Shown here piece by piece: positions 8,165-17,572 of a stretch of 64,000 nt of DNA. The position numbers and the translations under genes were made by a program. Within the stretch, counting starts at the first letter, position 1; every line of letters begins with the position of its first letter. Source of the DNA: Candidatus Woesearchaeota archaeon (GTDB taxonomy: Archaea; Nanobdellota; Nanobdellia; Pacearchaeales; GW2011-AR1). Location of the stretch: contig CAYUZV010000005.1 of NCBI GenBank assembly GCA_964448605.1, forward strand, positions 1,465 to 65,464, given 5' to 3'. The notes below the pieces were generated by a model, which did not search any database, was not told the origin of the DNA, and saw nothing but the letters and a program-made list of their open reading frames with translations.

Positions 8165-8827
8165 TTAAAAATCATTTAAACCTTTTTGTCCTTTATTATC
8201 TGAATATTTCTTGTAAGTTGCCCAAGTTTTTCTGAATATTTCCGGATGTTTGTTCCAGTTGTTTTTTACAAATTCTTTTGTTTTGGGGTCTGATGGATAT
8301 CCTGCACCTGTTTTTCCGTATTTTAGTTTTATTTTATCCATTTCTTCTTCTCTTTTGACTTTTGCGATTATTGAAGCTGCTGAACATATTTGATATTTCA
8401 TATCTGCTTTGTGTTCTACTATTAATTCAATGTTTTTGTTTTTTAAGAGATTTTTTAAATATTCTGTGAATTTTTTTATGTTTGGTGAGGGGCAATCTAT
8501 TATTGCTTTTTCTGGTTTTAGGGTGTTGATAATTTCTGCTTGTTTATGTGCTTCAAGCCAGTTTAGATTCATTGAGTCAGAAAGAAGTGCTTCATCAATC
8601 TCTTTTGGGAGAACTTCTAAGATTTCAAATGAGGAGTTTTCTTTTATTTGTTTATCTAATTGCATTCTTTTTATATGGGATAAAAGTTTTGAGTCCTTTA
8701 ATCCTTGTGGTAGAGTTTGTTTAGAATCATCAATCATAACTCCTGCAATTATTAGGGGTCCTATTACCGGTCCTCTGCCTGCTTCGTCTGTTCCTAAAAT
8801 TTTTGTCATTTTAATTAAAAATAACAA
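8165..8827 (-). CDS. rnhB: Ribonuclease HII
   Basis: LGTDEAGRGPVIGPLIIAGV active-site motif, plus ASIIAK. The likely start is MTKILG at 8806. Confidence 0.85.
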   Translation of the reverse strand: MLFLIKMTKILGTDEAGRGPVIGPLIIAGVMIDDSKQTLPQGLKDSKLLSHIKRMQLDKQIKENSSFEILEVLPKEIDEALLSDSMNLNWLEAHKQAEIINTLKPEKAIIDCPSPNIKKFTEYLKNLLKNKNIELIVEHKADMKYQICSAASIIAKVKREEEMDKIKLKYGKTGAGYPSDPKTKEFVKNNWNKHPEIFRKTWATYKKYSDNKGQKGLNDF

Positions 8828-8885
8828 AGTTTATAAGATTTCCCTGTTTTTTAAACTTAGAATAAAATTGAAGAATATTTAAAAA

Positions 8886-9569
8886 ATGACGAAAAAAGAT
8901 AGAGATATATTGATAGCAGGTATACCTCGAAGTGGCTCTAATTTAGTCAGGAATATTATAAATGAAGTTTATGAAGAAGAAATTGTTAACCATACTCATT
9001 TTTATCATATACCTTATAATAAAATAATAATTACTTACAGAGATATTAGAGATTGTATTGTTTCATTAAGAAGACTTTACAACAGAGATAAAGAAATTAA
9101 AGGAAAACTATCTTTAGTTGAAATGCTAAGATATTCAATTTTATTTAAATACTATCTCTTTTATTTATACAAATGGATTAAATTAAAAGAGAAAAAAATA
9201 TTATGGTTGAGGTATGAAAGATTTTTTCAAAATTATGATTATTTATTTGACAAATTGGAAGATTACTTAGATATTGAAATAAATTATGAAAAAAGAAAAT
9301 TAATAAAGATAAAATTCAATTTAAAAAATCAAAAAAAAATTAGTGATAATATTCAAAATCCAGACGAATTTAAAAATAATTTAATGAAATCGCATATTCA
9401 CAAAGGTGAAATTGAAGGATGGAAAAAATTAATACCGACTAAATGCCATTGGTTAGTTTATTTTTTATTTAGAAGATATTTATTAGACTTTGGATATTCA
9501 AGATATGGTTCTTCAGATTCAAAAGCAATAAAAAAATCTTTATTAAATCCAATTAATATAATTAGATAA
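8886..9569 (+). CDS. Sulfotransferase-family protein (putative)
   Basis: IAGIPRSGSNLVRN resembles the PAPS 5'-phosphosulfate-binding loop. Size and Lys/Tyr-rich composition fit. The assignment is weak. Confidence 0.4.
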   Translation: MTKKDRDILIAGIPRSGSNLVRNIINEVYEEEIVNHTHFYHIPYNKIIITYRDIRDCIVSLRRLYNRDKEIKGKLSLVEMLRYSILFKYYLFYLYKWIKLKEKKILWLRYERFFQNYDYLFDKLEDYLDIEINYEKRKLIKIKFNLKNQKKISDNIQNPDEFKNNLMKSHIHKGEIEGWKKLIPTKCHWLVYFLFRRYLLDFGYSRYGSSDSKAIKKSLLNPINIIR

Positions 9570-9576
9570 AAGAAGA

Positions 9577-9658
9577 ATGTGGAAAGTTAACCCAAATTGC
9601 TATGTAAAAGCATTTATTAAGTGAACATTTAGAGATGCATATGGACTATTTTTTCTAG
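9577..9658 (+). pseudogene. Short remnant resembling the N-terminus of a pyrimidine-dimer DNA glycosylase-like family
   Basis: MWKVNPN.. reads on, after one frameshift, as ..LLCK.. and HLLSEHLEMHMDYFF*. The P..LC..HLLxEHxExH pattern is interrupted by stops, and the rest of the gene is missing. Confidence 0.25.
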
Positions 9659-9927
9659 TTTTAATTTTGCTGTTTTCTTATCCATAAAAAATATAAGAAA
9701 AATACCCTTAAAATCTTTTTGTAGGTGATGCTTACTTTACAGCTCATAAAATCGTGTGCAGGTTCATAACATTTTTCACCATTAATATAATATCTCAATT
9801 ATCCATGAAATTTGATGGATAAAATAACAATAAGAAAAGAATTTCTAAAATTAAAGATAAAAGACATTATGAATTTTAGATGGGGAAATATCTCTTGGAC
9901 TTACACACAGCTCATAAAATCGTTAAA

Positions 9928-9935
9928 TTTATAAG
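9928..9935 (+). promoter_or_regulatory. TATA box (TTTATAAG) for tRNA-Met
   Basis: It ends 22 nt upstream of tRNA position 1. Confidence 0.45.
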
Positions 9936-9956
9936 TGTTCTATTAATGATTTTATT

Positions 9957-10031
9957 AGCGCGGTAGAGAAGTCTGGAGTTCTCGCGAGGCCCATAACCTC
10001 GAGGTCAGTGGTTCAAATCCACTCCGCGCTA
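9957..10031 (+). tRNA. tRNA-Met (CAU), probably initiator
   Basis: Acceptor AGCGCGG/CCGCGCT with the A1:U72 pair typical of archaeal initiators. Anticodon arm is CGAGG-CCCATAA-CCTCG and T arm is AGTGG-TTCAAAT-CCACT. Position 33 is C. Confidence 0.8.
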
Positions 10032-10091
10032 TTCTTAATGTATATTTTAAATAATAAAAAAGAATTAAAAGGAATTTTAAGGTTTTAGATT

Positions 10092-10901
10092 ATGGAGATT
10101 GCACTTGTTTATATGGTTGGAGGTTTGTCTTCACGATTTAAAGGAGAAATAAAACAGTTTGCTCAAATTGGTGTTAATGGTGAAACTTTGATTGAGTGTT
10201 CAATGAATCAAGCTCTTTATGCAGGTTTTTCTAAAATTGTTTTTATTGTAAGTGAGAAAACTGAAAGTGCTTTTAGGGATTTTTTTGGAGAAAATTATAA
10301 GGGTGTTCCAGTTTATTATGCTTTTCAGGATTTTGATTCTAATCTTAGGGATAAACCTTGGGGAACTGCTGATGCTCTTTGTTCTGCTAAGAGTTTATTA
10401 GATTGTCCTTTTGTGGTTTGTAATGGTGATGATTTATATGGAAAAGAAAGTTTTGAAATTTTAGTGAATCATTTGAAAAGAGAGAAAAATGGTGCTGTTG
10501 TTGGTTTTAAATTAATGGATGCACTTCCTTCTAAGGGCAGAGGTAATCGGGCGATTTTTAAAATTAATGAAAAAGGTTTTGTTTTGGATTTTCAGGAAAT
10601 TTTTGATATTGGAAAAGATAATCTTTCTGATAAAGGTTATAACTCTGATGAATTATGCAGTATGAATATTTATGCTCTTAATCCTGAAATTTTGAGAGAG
10701 TTGAATGTTAGAGTTGAATCTTTTAAATTTTTGAATAGAAATGACAGGAGAGTTGAATGTTTGTTGCCTAATGAAATTTCAGGATTGATTAAATCTGGAA
10801 AAGTCAGGGTTAAAATTTATCCAACTTCTTCTAATTGGATTGGAGTTACATATCCTGAAGATGTTGAGATTGTTAGAAAAGTTTTAGGAAAATTTAAATA
10901 G
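10092..10901 (+). CDS. Sugar-phosphate nucleotidyltransferase (NTP-transferase fold)
   Basis: N-terminal MVGGLSSRFKG is a G-x-G-x-R-like loop. PWGTADAL and CNGDDLYG motifs are present. Confidence 0.65.
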   Translation: MEIALVYMVGGLSSRFKGEIKQFAQIGVNGETLIECSMNQALYAGFSKIVFIVSEKTESAFRDFFGENYKGVPVYYAFQDFDSNLRDKPWGTADALCSAKSLLDCPFVVCNGDDLYGKESFEILVNHLKREKNGAVVGFKLMDALPSKGRGNRAIFKINEKGFVLDFQEIFDIGKDNLSDKGYNSDELCSMNIYALNPEILRELNVRVESFKFLNRNDRRVECLLPNEISGLIKSGKVRVKIYPTSSNWIGVTYPEDVEIVRKVLGKFK

Positions 10902-10924
10902 ATTGTTTGTTTTGAGGTTTTTAG

Positions 10925-11821
10925 ATGGTAAAAAAATATGATTTGATAATAATTGGTGCAGGACCTGCTGGATTAAGTGCAGGAGTTTATGCTGGAAGAT
11001 ATTTAATTAAGACATTGATAATTGGTGTGCTTCCTGGAGGAACTATGACAAAGGCATATAAGGTTTGTAATTTTCCTTCTTATAAGGAAATTAGCGGTAT
11101 TGAGTTGTCTAAAAAAATGATTGAACAAGTGAGGGATTTGGGAATTGAGATTAAACAAGAAGAAGTTAAGAATATTGTTTCTGGGAAAGAATTTAAAGTT
11201 AAAACTTCTAAAAATACCTATGTGGGAAAGAAGATTTTTTTAGGGATTGGGAGGAAAAAGATAAGATTAAATGTTCCTGGTGAAGATAAATTTTTAGGCA
11301 AGGGGGTTAGTTATTGTGCGACTTGTGATGCGAGTTTTTTTAGAGATAAAACTGCTGCTGTTGTTGGAGGGAGTGATGCTTCATTGACTTCTGCTTTATT
11401 ATTGTCTGAATATGCAAAGAAAGTTTATATTATTTATAGGAGGAATAAATTTTTCAGAGCTGAAGGAGTTTTAATTAAAAATGTTGAGAGAAATAATAAA
11501 ATTGAAGTTTTGTTTAATTCAGAGGTTAAGGAAATTTATGGTGATTCTATGGTGGAAGGTGTTAAATTAAATGATGGGGAATTGAAATTAGACGGAATTT
11601 TTATTGAAATAGGTTCTATGCCTGATAGGACACTTATTGATAAGATTGGTTTGAAAACAGAAAAAGATAATATTGTTGTGAATAAAAAGCAGGAAACTTC
11701 TGTTAAAGGTGTTTATGCTGGAGGTGATATTACGAATAATCCTCTTAAGCAAATTGTGACTGCATCTGCAGAAGGGGCTATTGCTATTAATTCTGTTTTC
11801 AAAGATTTGAGAAAAGATTAG
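10925..11821 (+). CDS. trxB: Thioredoxin reductase
   Basis: IIGAGPAGLSAG FAD motif, redox CATCDASFF (CxxC), a second GGSDAS dinucleotide motif and GGDITN. Confidence 0.85.
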   Translation: MVKKYDLIIIGAGPAGLSAGVYAGRYLIKTLIIGVLPGGTMTKAYKVCNFPSYKEISGIELSKKMIEQVRDLGIEIKQEEVKNIVSGKEFKVKTSKNTYVGKKIFLGIGRKKIRLNVPGEDKFLGKGVSYCATCDASFFRDKTAAVVGGSDASLTSALLLSEYAKKVYIIYRRNKFFRAEGVLIKNVERNNKIEVLFNSEVKEIYGDSMVEGVKLNDGELKLDGIFIEIGSMPDRTLIDKIGLKTEKDNIVVNKKQETSVKGVYAGGDITNNPLKQIVTASAEGAIAINSVFKDLRKD

Positions 11822-11872
11822 TTACTACTTTTTAGAGATTACAAACAAAAGGTTTAAATAGTATGAATTTTA

Positions 11873-12646
11873 GTGTTTTTTATGATAATTAAAAAGATTA
11901 AGGGAAAAATTTTAGAAGGAATTTTAGCAGGTGCTGTGGTTCTTGGAATATGTGGAAATAAGGCAGATTCTCAAACATTTGCTCCAAAAAATGCGAATTC
12001 TGTTGAATTAGGAGTTTATAATGATTCTTTTGAATGGAATAATGGGGGAGTTGTTGATATGGGTGGTGGTTATGTTCAGCTGAATAGGGGTTTGAGTGAT
12101 AGAGTTACTGGCTATGTTGAAATGGGTGTTGCAAATCCTGTTTTTAATGATGTTGCTTTGCATAGAGGTTCAGATAAAAAAGCAGATATTAGTCCAAATA
12201 ATCACATTGCATATGGTGCTATTGGATTAAGGACTAAGTTTTATGAGAGAGATAAAAGTGCTGTTTGCGGGGATTTTAGATTGTCGCAGGTTTCAGAGTT
12301 TAATGATTTTCATATATGGTCTTTAACAGATTCTACTGAATATCATGTGGATGGAATTACTACTCTGGGAGCTGATATATGGTATCAAAAAAGAATAAAA
12401 GATTTTAATGTTAGAATGGGCATAGGATTTAAATCTAGTTATGCAGAAGGTGAAAATTTAACTTATCAACATAGGGGAGATAATCATGAAACCGAATATT
12501 CAGGATTTAATGAAAGAGATAAAGCAAGTTTACAGGGAATTCTTGGTGTTGATTATAAGAGTAATGATGGATGGAAGATAATGAGCACATTAAGAGGTTC
12601 TCATGAAGGTCTTGGATTTAGATTGGGTGTGGGTAAGGATTGGTAG
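11873..12646 (+). CDS. Outer-membrane beta-barrel-like protein with signal peptide (unexpected in an archaeon)
   Basis: Signal with lipobox-like region KKIKGKILEGILAGAVVLGIC. Repeated amphipathic strands include YVQLNRGL, GYVEMGV, AYGAIGLRTKFY, FNVRMGIGFKSSY and LQGILGVDYKS. The C-terminus LGFRLGVGKDW ends in an aromatic residue. The likely start is ATG 11882. Confidence 0.5.
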   Translation: MFFMIIKKIKGKILEGILAGAVVLGICGNKADSQTFAPKNANSVELGVYNDSFEWNNGGVVDMGGGYVQLNRGLSDRVTGYVEMGVANPVFNDVALHRGSDKKADISPNNHIAYGAIGLRTKFYERDKSAVCGDFRLSQVSEFNDFHIWSLTDSTEYHVDGITTLGADIWYQKRIKDFNVRMGIGFKSSYAEGENLTYQHRGDNHETEYSGFNERDKASLQGILGVDYKSNDGWKIMSTLRGSHEGLGFRLGVGKDW

Positions 12647-12679
12647 GCAGGTTTTTATAGTATTTATATTTTTTAAATT

Positions 12680-13423
12680 ATGGAATTTGATATATTATTT
12701 TGGATTTTGTTATTTACTTTCATAAATGGGCTTTTGGCTTTTGCAGGTGTTGGGCTTTATTTTTTGTTTAGGAAGAATTTGAATAAAGTGTTAATATTCC
12801 TGGTGTCTTTTACTACAGGTGCCTTGCTGGGAGGTGCTTTTTTTCATTTTTTGCCAGAAGCTATTGAAGAGTTGAATATTTTAAAAGTAAGTGTTTTGTT
12901 TATTTTTGGTTTTTTATTATTTATGTTTCTTGAAAAAGTTTTGCACTGGCATCATTGTCATGATGGGAAATGTGACAAACATCCTTTTACTTATTTACTT
13001 TTATGGGGAGATGGTATTCATAATTTTATTGATGGTTTGATTATTGCAGGTTCGTTTTTGATTTCAGTTCCTTTTGGAATTACTACTAGTTTATTAATTA
13101 TGGCTCATGAACTGCCTCAGGAAATTGGAGATTTTGGTGTTTTAGTTTATGGAGGGTTGAGTAAGGGGAAGGCATTGTTTTATAATTTTCTTTCTCAATT
13201 AACTGCAGTTTTAGGGGGTTTGATTGGATTTTTGTTTTTGCAAACTGAGGGCATTGCTGTTTATCTTCTTCCAATTGCAGGAGGAAGTTTTATTTATATT
13301 GCTTTTGCTGATTTAATTCCTGAAATTTACAAGGAGAAGAATTTTGGGAAAGTTATTTTAAATATTATTTTTATTCTTATTGGACTTTTTGTTTTAATCT
13401 CTGGTAAATGGTTGGTTGGGTGA
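12680..13423 (+). CDS. zupT: ZIP-family divalent metal transporter
   Basis: Multi-TM protein with a His-rich loop HWHHCHDGKCDKH and the signature HELPQEIGDFGVL. Confidence 0.85.
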   Translation: MEFDILFWILLFTFINGLLAFAGVGLYFLFRKNLNKVLIFLVSFTTGALLGGAFFHFLPEAIEELNILKVSVLFIFGFLLFMFLEKVLHWHHCHDGKCDKHPFTYLLLWGDGIHNFIDGLIIAGSFLISVPFGITTSLLIMAHELPQEIGDFGVLVYGGLSKGKALFYNFLSQLTAVLGGLIGFLFLQTEGIAVYLLPIAGGSFIYIAFADLIPEIYKEKNFGKVILNIIFILIGLFVLISGKWLVG

Positions 13424-13649
13424 GATGTAGTTGGTTTTAAATTTTAGGAAGGTAATCTATAGAAATTGAAAATTTCTATTCCAAAATTTATTATTTATTG
13501 GTATCTGTCAAATATTATGAGGGAAATTAAGTAGTCTAAGATTATTATAATAGCAAGGATTAAATAAAATTTATTATTACGACATGCCTGTGGATTCTAC
13601 AGTTGGTTGAATGATAGAAATCTTTTTATAATGATTTGACTTTTTATTT

Positions 13650-13958
13650 ATGAAAATGATATCATGGATTGTAATTGTTATACTGGTTGTGATTGGAATA
13701 ATTGCACTTAAATTAAACCATCTTAGACATAGAGTTTTTATTTTGATGTTGATTGTTTTTGCTTTGTTTCTTTACACAAGTATGAATCTTGTTGCTGATA
13801 GAAATAATCTTGATTTTAAATCTTCAGAAGGTATTTTTGATGCTATTAAGATTTATTGGGGTTGGCTTGCAAATGGTTTTGATAATTTGCAGATTTTAGT
13901 TGGTAATGCAATTCGGATGGATTGGTCATCTGTAAATGGAACGTTTTTTGAGAGGTGA
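13650..13958 (+). CDS. Small membrane protein, hypothetical
   Basis: Two predicted TM helices. Its stop overlaps the next ORF in an ATGA junction. Confidence 0.45.
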   Translation: MKMISWIVIVILVVIGIIALKLNHLRHRVFILMLIVFALFLYTSMNLVADRNNLDFKSSEGIFDAIKIYWGWLANGFDNLQILVGNAIRMDWSSVNGTFFER

Positions 13959-14170
13959 AAATGAAAACTGCTATGTTAATTGTGTTTTTTTTGTTGTTAG
14001 GAGGTTTTTTTATAATCTCTGAAGAAGGGATTCATATGAATAGTTTTGATAATGTTTCTTTGTTTATAAGTTCATATGGAAAATGGTTTGATAAGATTAT
14101 TGAAAATGGTCAGACAGTTTCTGGTTATGTTGTGAAGATGGAGTGGTTGCCTGGAGAAGAGGTTTTTTAA
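13955..14170 (+). CDS. Small membrane-anchored protein, hypothetical
   Basis: N-terminal TM helix MKTAMLIVFFLLLGGFFII. Translationally coupled to the upstream ORF. Confidence 0.45.
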   Translation: MKMKTAMLIVFFLLLGGFFIISEEGIHMNSFDNVSLFISSYGKWFDKIIENGQTVSGYVVKMEWLPGEEVF

Positions 14171-14194
14171 GGGTGGTATTTCTTTGGTTATTGT

Positions 14195-14269
14195 GCTCCA
14201 GTAGCTCAGTTCTGGCAGAGCACTACATTGGTAATGTAGAGGTCCTGAGTTCGAATCTCAGCTGGGGCT
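14195..14269 (+). tRNA. tRNA-Thr (GGU)
   Basis: Acceptor GCTCCAG/CTGGGGC, D arm GCTC..GAGC, anticodon arm CTACA-TTGGTAA-TGTAG and T arm CTGAG-TTCGAAT-CTCAG. Confidence 0.9.
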
Positions 14270-14335
14270 TGGATATTTATGATTGAATTTAATTCTTGCA
14301 ATTAACTTTATAAACACTCTATTTCTATTGAAAAA

Positions 14336-14827
14336 ATGGTTCCGAAGGAAGAAAGTTGTTTAGAAGAATTGAAAGTTGAGTATACTGAGTTTAGGGATAG
14401 ATTCGGGCTTCCTGAATTTGATAAACTGAATGAGAATTTTGATATTGAAGGTATTGATACAGATAGTGATTTTCTTTTGAGAAAGATTCGGAGAGTTATG
14501 TCTGAAAAAATTGCTGGGTTTTTGAGATTTAGTGAATTGGTTTTGAATCCAAGTAATGCTCCTATGTTTTTCTTTAAATTGGTTAAGAAGTTGGATAGTT
14601 CTGATAGAATTGATTTGACTGAAGTTTATGAGAAAATGGGAGAATTTGAGGTTCGGGCTGTTGGACTTGATGTTAATTATTCTGAAGAAAAAGAAGCTGG
14701 ATTTATTAAAGATATTTATGAAGATTTTGAAGGGGGAGTGAAAGAGAAACTTGGTAAAATAATTGAGAAGTTGAATAATGGTAAGGGAAATATTAAAAAG
14801 ATTGATAATGGAAGTTATTTTGGATGA
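14336..14827 (+). CDS. Hypothetical protein (acidic, cytoplasmic)
   Basis: 163-aa ORF of normal composition with no motif recognised. Confidence 0.5.
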   Translation: MVPKEESCLEELKVEYTEFRDRFGLPEFDKLNENFDIEGIDTDSDFLLRKIRRVMSEKIAGFLRFSELVLNPSNAPMFFFKLVKKLDSSDRIDLTEVYEKMGEFEVRAVGLDVNYSEEKEAGFIKDIYEDFEGGVKEKLGKIIEKLNNGKGNIKKIDNGSYFG

Positions 14828-14866
14828 ATATATAAATTTTTTTAAAGAAATTAATACTTTCTTTTT

Positions 14867-15187
14867 ATGGTGAGGTATTCACAGATCATTAATATTATGG
14901 GTTTGATAGTTGGGTTAATAGCTCTTAATCTCACAATTTATGGTCAATTTGATGATCCTCAAACAGGAATTGTATTTGTTTTTGGAATCCTGGGTTTTGT
15001 TGCTCTTTATTTTATAGTTTCCTACTTAATCACTAATTTAATGGAACGATTAAATCAAATTCAGAATAACAAGGAATCTATCTCAGATATTCAGAAAGGT
15101 TTAAATAAAATCAATGAGAATCTTAATAATATAAAGGGTGTTACTAAAATTGATACTATATCTTTTTTAGAAAAAAGAATAAAATGA
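14867..15187 (+). CDS. Membrane protein with C-terminal coiled coil, hypothetical
   Basis: Two TM helices followed by a heptad-like Asn/Lys-rich tail. Confidence 0.45.
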   Translation: MVRYSQIINIMGLIVGLIALNLTIYGQFDDPQTGIVFVFGILGFVALYFIVSYLITNLMERLNQIQNNKESISDIQKGLNKINENLNNIKGVTKIDTISFLEKRIK

Positions 15188-15279
15188 GAAAAAAAGCACA
15201 AATTGACCCTCGAATAATTATTCTAATAATTATTGTAATATTGCTGATATTATATGCAAGGTCTAAGGGATGGATTTAG
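15184..15279 (+). CDS. 31-aa single-TM peptide (putative)
   Basis: ATGA overlap with the upstream stop. Sequence is MRKKAQIDPRIIILIIIVILLILYARSKGWI. It is below the ORF-track size cut-off. Confidence 0.3.
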   Translation: MRKKAQIDPRIIILIIIVILLILYARSKGWI

Positions 15280-15300
15280 TATAAAAATATTTATAAGTAA

Positions 15301-15501
15301 TTGAGTATTGTTTTGATTATGTTCAGTCCAATAAGTGTTCATTCAAGAGGATTGAGTGATTATTTTAGTGGGAAGATTGGGGATGTTCATAGTGAGATTC
15401 GAGATAGTAAATGTTTTTATGTTAGAAGTGCGCCTGTTGAAGGTGTTAGATTTAGTCCTGCTGAGGAATATGCTCAAATAATGGAAGAATTAATTATATA
15501 A
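15301..15501 (+). CDS. Hypothetical small protein
   Basis: 66-aa ORF with a TTG start in the track; ATG 15319 is more likely. No motif recognised. Confidence 0.3.
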   Translation: MSIVLIMFSPISVHSRGLSDYFSGKIGDVHSEIRDSKCFYVRSAPVEGVRFSPAEEYAQIMEELII

Positions 15502-15546
15502 AAGAGGTTGTAAAAAAATCTAGACTTCAAGGGTTCTTTTTTAAAA

Positions 15547-17190
15547 TTAACTCTTTAGAAAAAGATTTATATTAAGCTCCAAAGATGCCACAGGCATTTT
15601 TATTCTGTTGTTTTTTAAAACAGTCGGTGAGATTTCTCCTAAAATTCCTGCTTCCTGATTGTTTATTATGATTTTTCCACATCTTCCCTCTATAAATGAA
15701 GGATGGGATGTTTCTATTATTTCATATTTTAAATCAAGCATTCGGATTAGGTAATCTAAAATTTGTTTTAATTCTGTGAAGTTTGCTTTTTCATGGCATA
15801 GAGATATGCATAGGTTTTCTTGTTCTTGTATTTGAGTTTCCTTGTCTTTTTCTGGTTTGAATATTTTTCCAAGTTCAAATATTTTTTGAGGATAAGATGC
15901 ATCTGAATTTTCTGCTAAAATCTGAATTGAATTTGCTAATAAAGAATTTCTTAAAAGATTATTTTCTGTTTTTGAATCTTCAACTTCAATTATTTGGTTT
16001 AGAAATTCTTTTATTGTTAATTTTTTGAATTGTTTTTCTTTTGTTGAAAGATGATATGTTGATATTTCTAAAAGATTTAATCCTATAAGAATCTCTGAAA
16101 TTTTCTTTTTTAGGATTGATGTTTTGTCTTCTTGTCCAATTGTTGAGATTTGAGGTATTTCTGGAATGAAATTTTCATAACCATATGCGATTGCAACTTC
16201 TTCTGCTAAGTCAATTTCATGGAGAATGTCTGTTCTGTAAGGTGGAATCAATGCAATGTTGTTTTTTATTTCTATTCCCATTTTTTCTAAGTATTTTTTA
16301 ATTTCTTTTTCTTTTAACTCAATTCCTAATGTTTTGTTTATTGTTTCTATATTAAAGGACATTTTTTCTGATTCTAAATCTGGAGAGAGGTATTTTTGAT
16401 TGTCTTTTATTTCCATTGAATATATTTTTCCTCCCATATCTGCTAAAATTGTTACAAGCATGTTTAGAGTTTTTTTTAGGTATTCAGGATGGAAACCTGA
16501 ACATTCAATGAAAATCTCTTTTGTTGATTCTGTTATTTTTCCTGTTTTTTCAGAGTTTATTATTGGAGGCATTGAAAGGATTTCACCTTTTGCATCTTGA
16601 AAAATTGGGAAAAGTTCTTTGTCTGCTAAAAGATGTCTATATTCTCTTCCTGTTGGATGCATTGAAAGAATTTGTCTTCCATTTATTTCTCTTGGATATT
16701 CCAAAGGTTGAAATTTTATTTCTTCAGGTTTTTTTGCTAAGTATGTTATTGGAAGTTTGATTTGCTCTAAGGGATAAATTCCTATTGCTAATTTTTTTCT
16801 ATTTCTTCCATAAGAGGCATGGAGTTTTTCCTGGATTTCTATTATTTCTTTAATTTTTTCTTCATTGAAGTTTAGATTTTTTACTATTGCACAAGCTGTA
16901 AAAGGTCTTATTTTTTTTACTGATTTATCAATAATTACTTTGTAATTTTTTTCTGGTTTTTGTGTTGAGTAGGTTTTAGGCGAAGGTTTTTTTAGAAAAT
17001 CTTTTAATGCTCTTATTAAACCTTGAAAAGATAGTAAATCAGGTCTATTTGGAAAAATCTCTAAAGAGATTTCTTCATCTGTTGAATCTTCAATTGGAGT
17101 TCCAAACATTGAGATTTTTTCTTCTGTTTCAGGTGTTATTTTTCCTATTTCTGATTCTATTTTTTTTCGTGGTATTGTTAGGATTGTCAT
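15547..17190 (-). CDS. pheT: Phenylalanyl-tRNA synthetase beta subunit (archaeal type)
   Basis: 547 aa, with N-terminal B3/4-like FPNRPDLLS and B5 and class II-like C-terminal domains. It sits in an operon with pheS. Confidence 0.8.
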   Translation of the reverse strand: MTILTIPRKKIESEIGKITPETEEKISMFGTPIEDSTDEEISLEIFPNRPDLLSFQGLIRALKDFLKKPSPKTYSTQKPEKNYKVIIDKSVKKIRPFTACAIVKNLNFNEEKIKEIIEIQEKLHASYGRNRKKLAIGIYPLEQIKLPITYLAKKPEEIKFQPLEYPREINGRQILSMHPTGREYRHLLADKELFPIFQDAKGEILSMPPIINSEKTGKITESTKEIFIECSGFHPEYLKKTLNMLVTILADMGGKIYSMEIKDNQKYLSPDLESEKMSFNIETINKTLGIELKEKEIKKYLEKMGIEIKNNIALIPPYRTDILHEIDLAEEVAIAYGYENFIPEIPQISTIGQEDKTSILKKKISEILIGLNLLEISTYHLSTKEKQFKKLTIKEFLNQIIEVEDSKTENNLLRNSLLANSIQILAENSDASYPQKIFELGKIFKPEKDKETQIQEQENLCISLCHEKANFTELKQILDYLIRMLDLKYEIIETSHPSFIEGRCGKIIINNQEAGILGEISPTVLKNNRIKMPVASLELNINLFLKS

Positions 17191-17191
17191 T

Positions 17192-17479
17192 TTATTTTTC
17201 TCTAATCAAATCTAATTTATTATCTATCTTATCAAATCTATTATTAATTTCTGTTTTTAAATCTTCTATATCAGGCTTTACCTTTAAAAAACCTATGCAA
17301 GTTTTTTTATCTAAGGAAAAAATATATCTCCATATCAGTAATTCTGAACCTGCAACTGCAAGACCTATACTTATGATTGCATTTTCTTCGGTAGGAGAGC
17401 CATGCAAAAGCCATAATGAAGTGCCGATTATTATTGAAATAAATATCCAAAATATTATATCTTGTATTTTTAATTTCAT
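17192..17479 (-). CDS. Small membrane protein, hypothetical
   Basis: Two TM helices and a charged tail. There is a 1-nt gap to the pheT start. Confidence 0.4.
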   Translation of the reverse strand: MKLKIQDIIFWIFISIIIGTSLWLLHGSPTEENAIISIGLAVAGSELLIWRYIFSLDKKTCIGFLKVKPDIEDLKTEINNRFDKIDNKLDLIREK

Positions 17480-17572
17480 TTATCTAAATAATGCATAAAG
17501 AGACAATCCTAATAGCAATGCTATTATTATCCAAAACACTATTTCTCCTATATTTAGTTTTGATGATTTCAT
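17480..17572 (-). CDS. 30-aa single-TM peptide (putative)
   Basis: MKSSKLNIGEIVFWIIIALLLGLSLYALFR. ATGA overlap with the upstream gene's stop, and its own stop abuts the next ATG. It is below the ORF-track cut-off. Confidence 0.3.
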   Translation of the reverse strand: MKSSKLNIGEIVFWIIIALLLGLSLYALFR

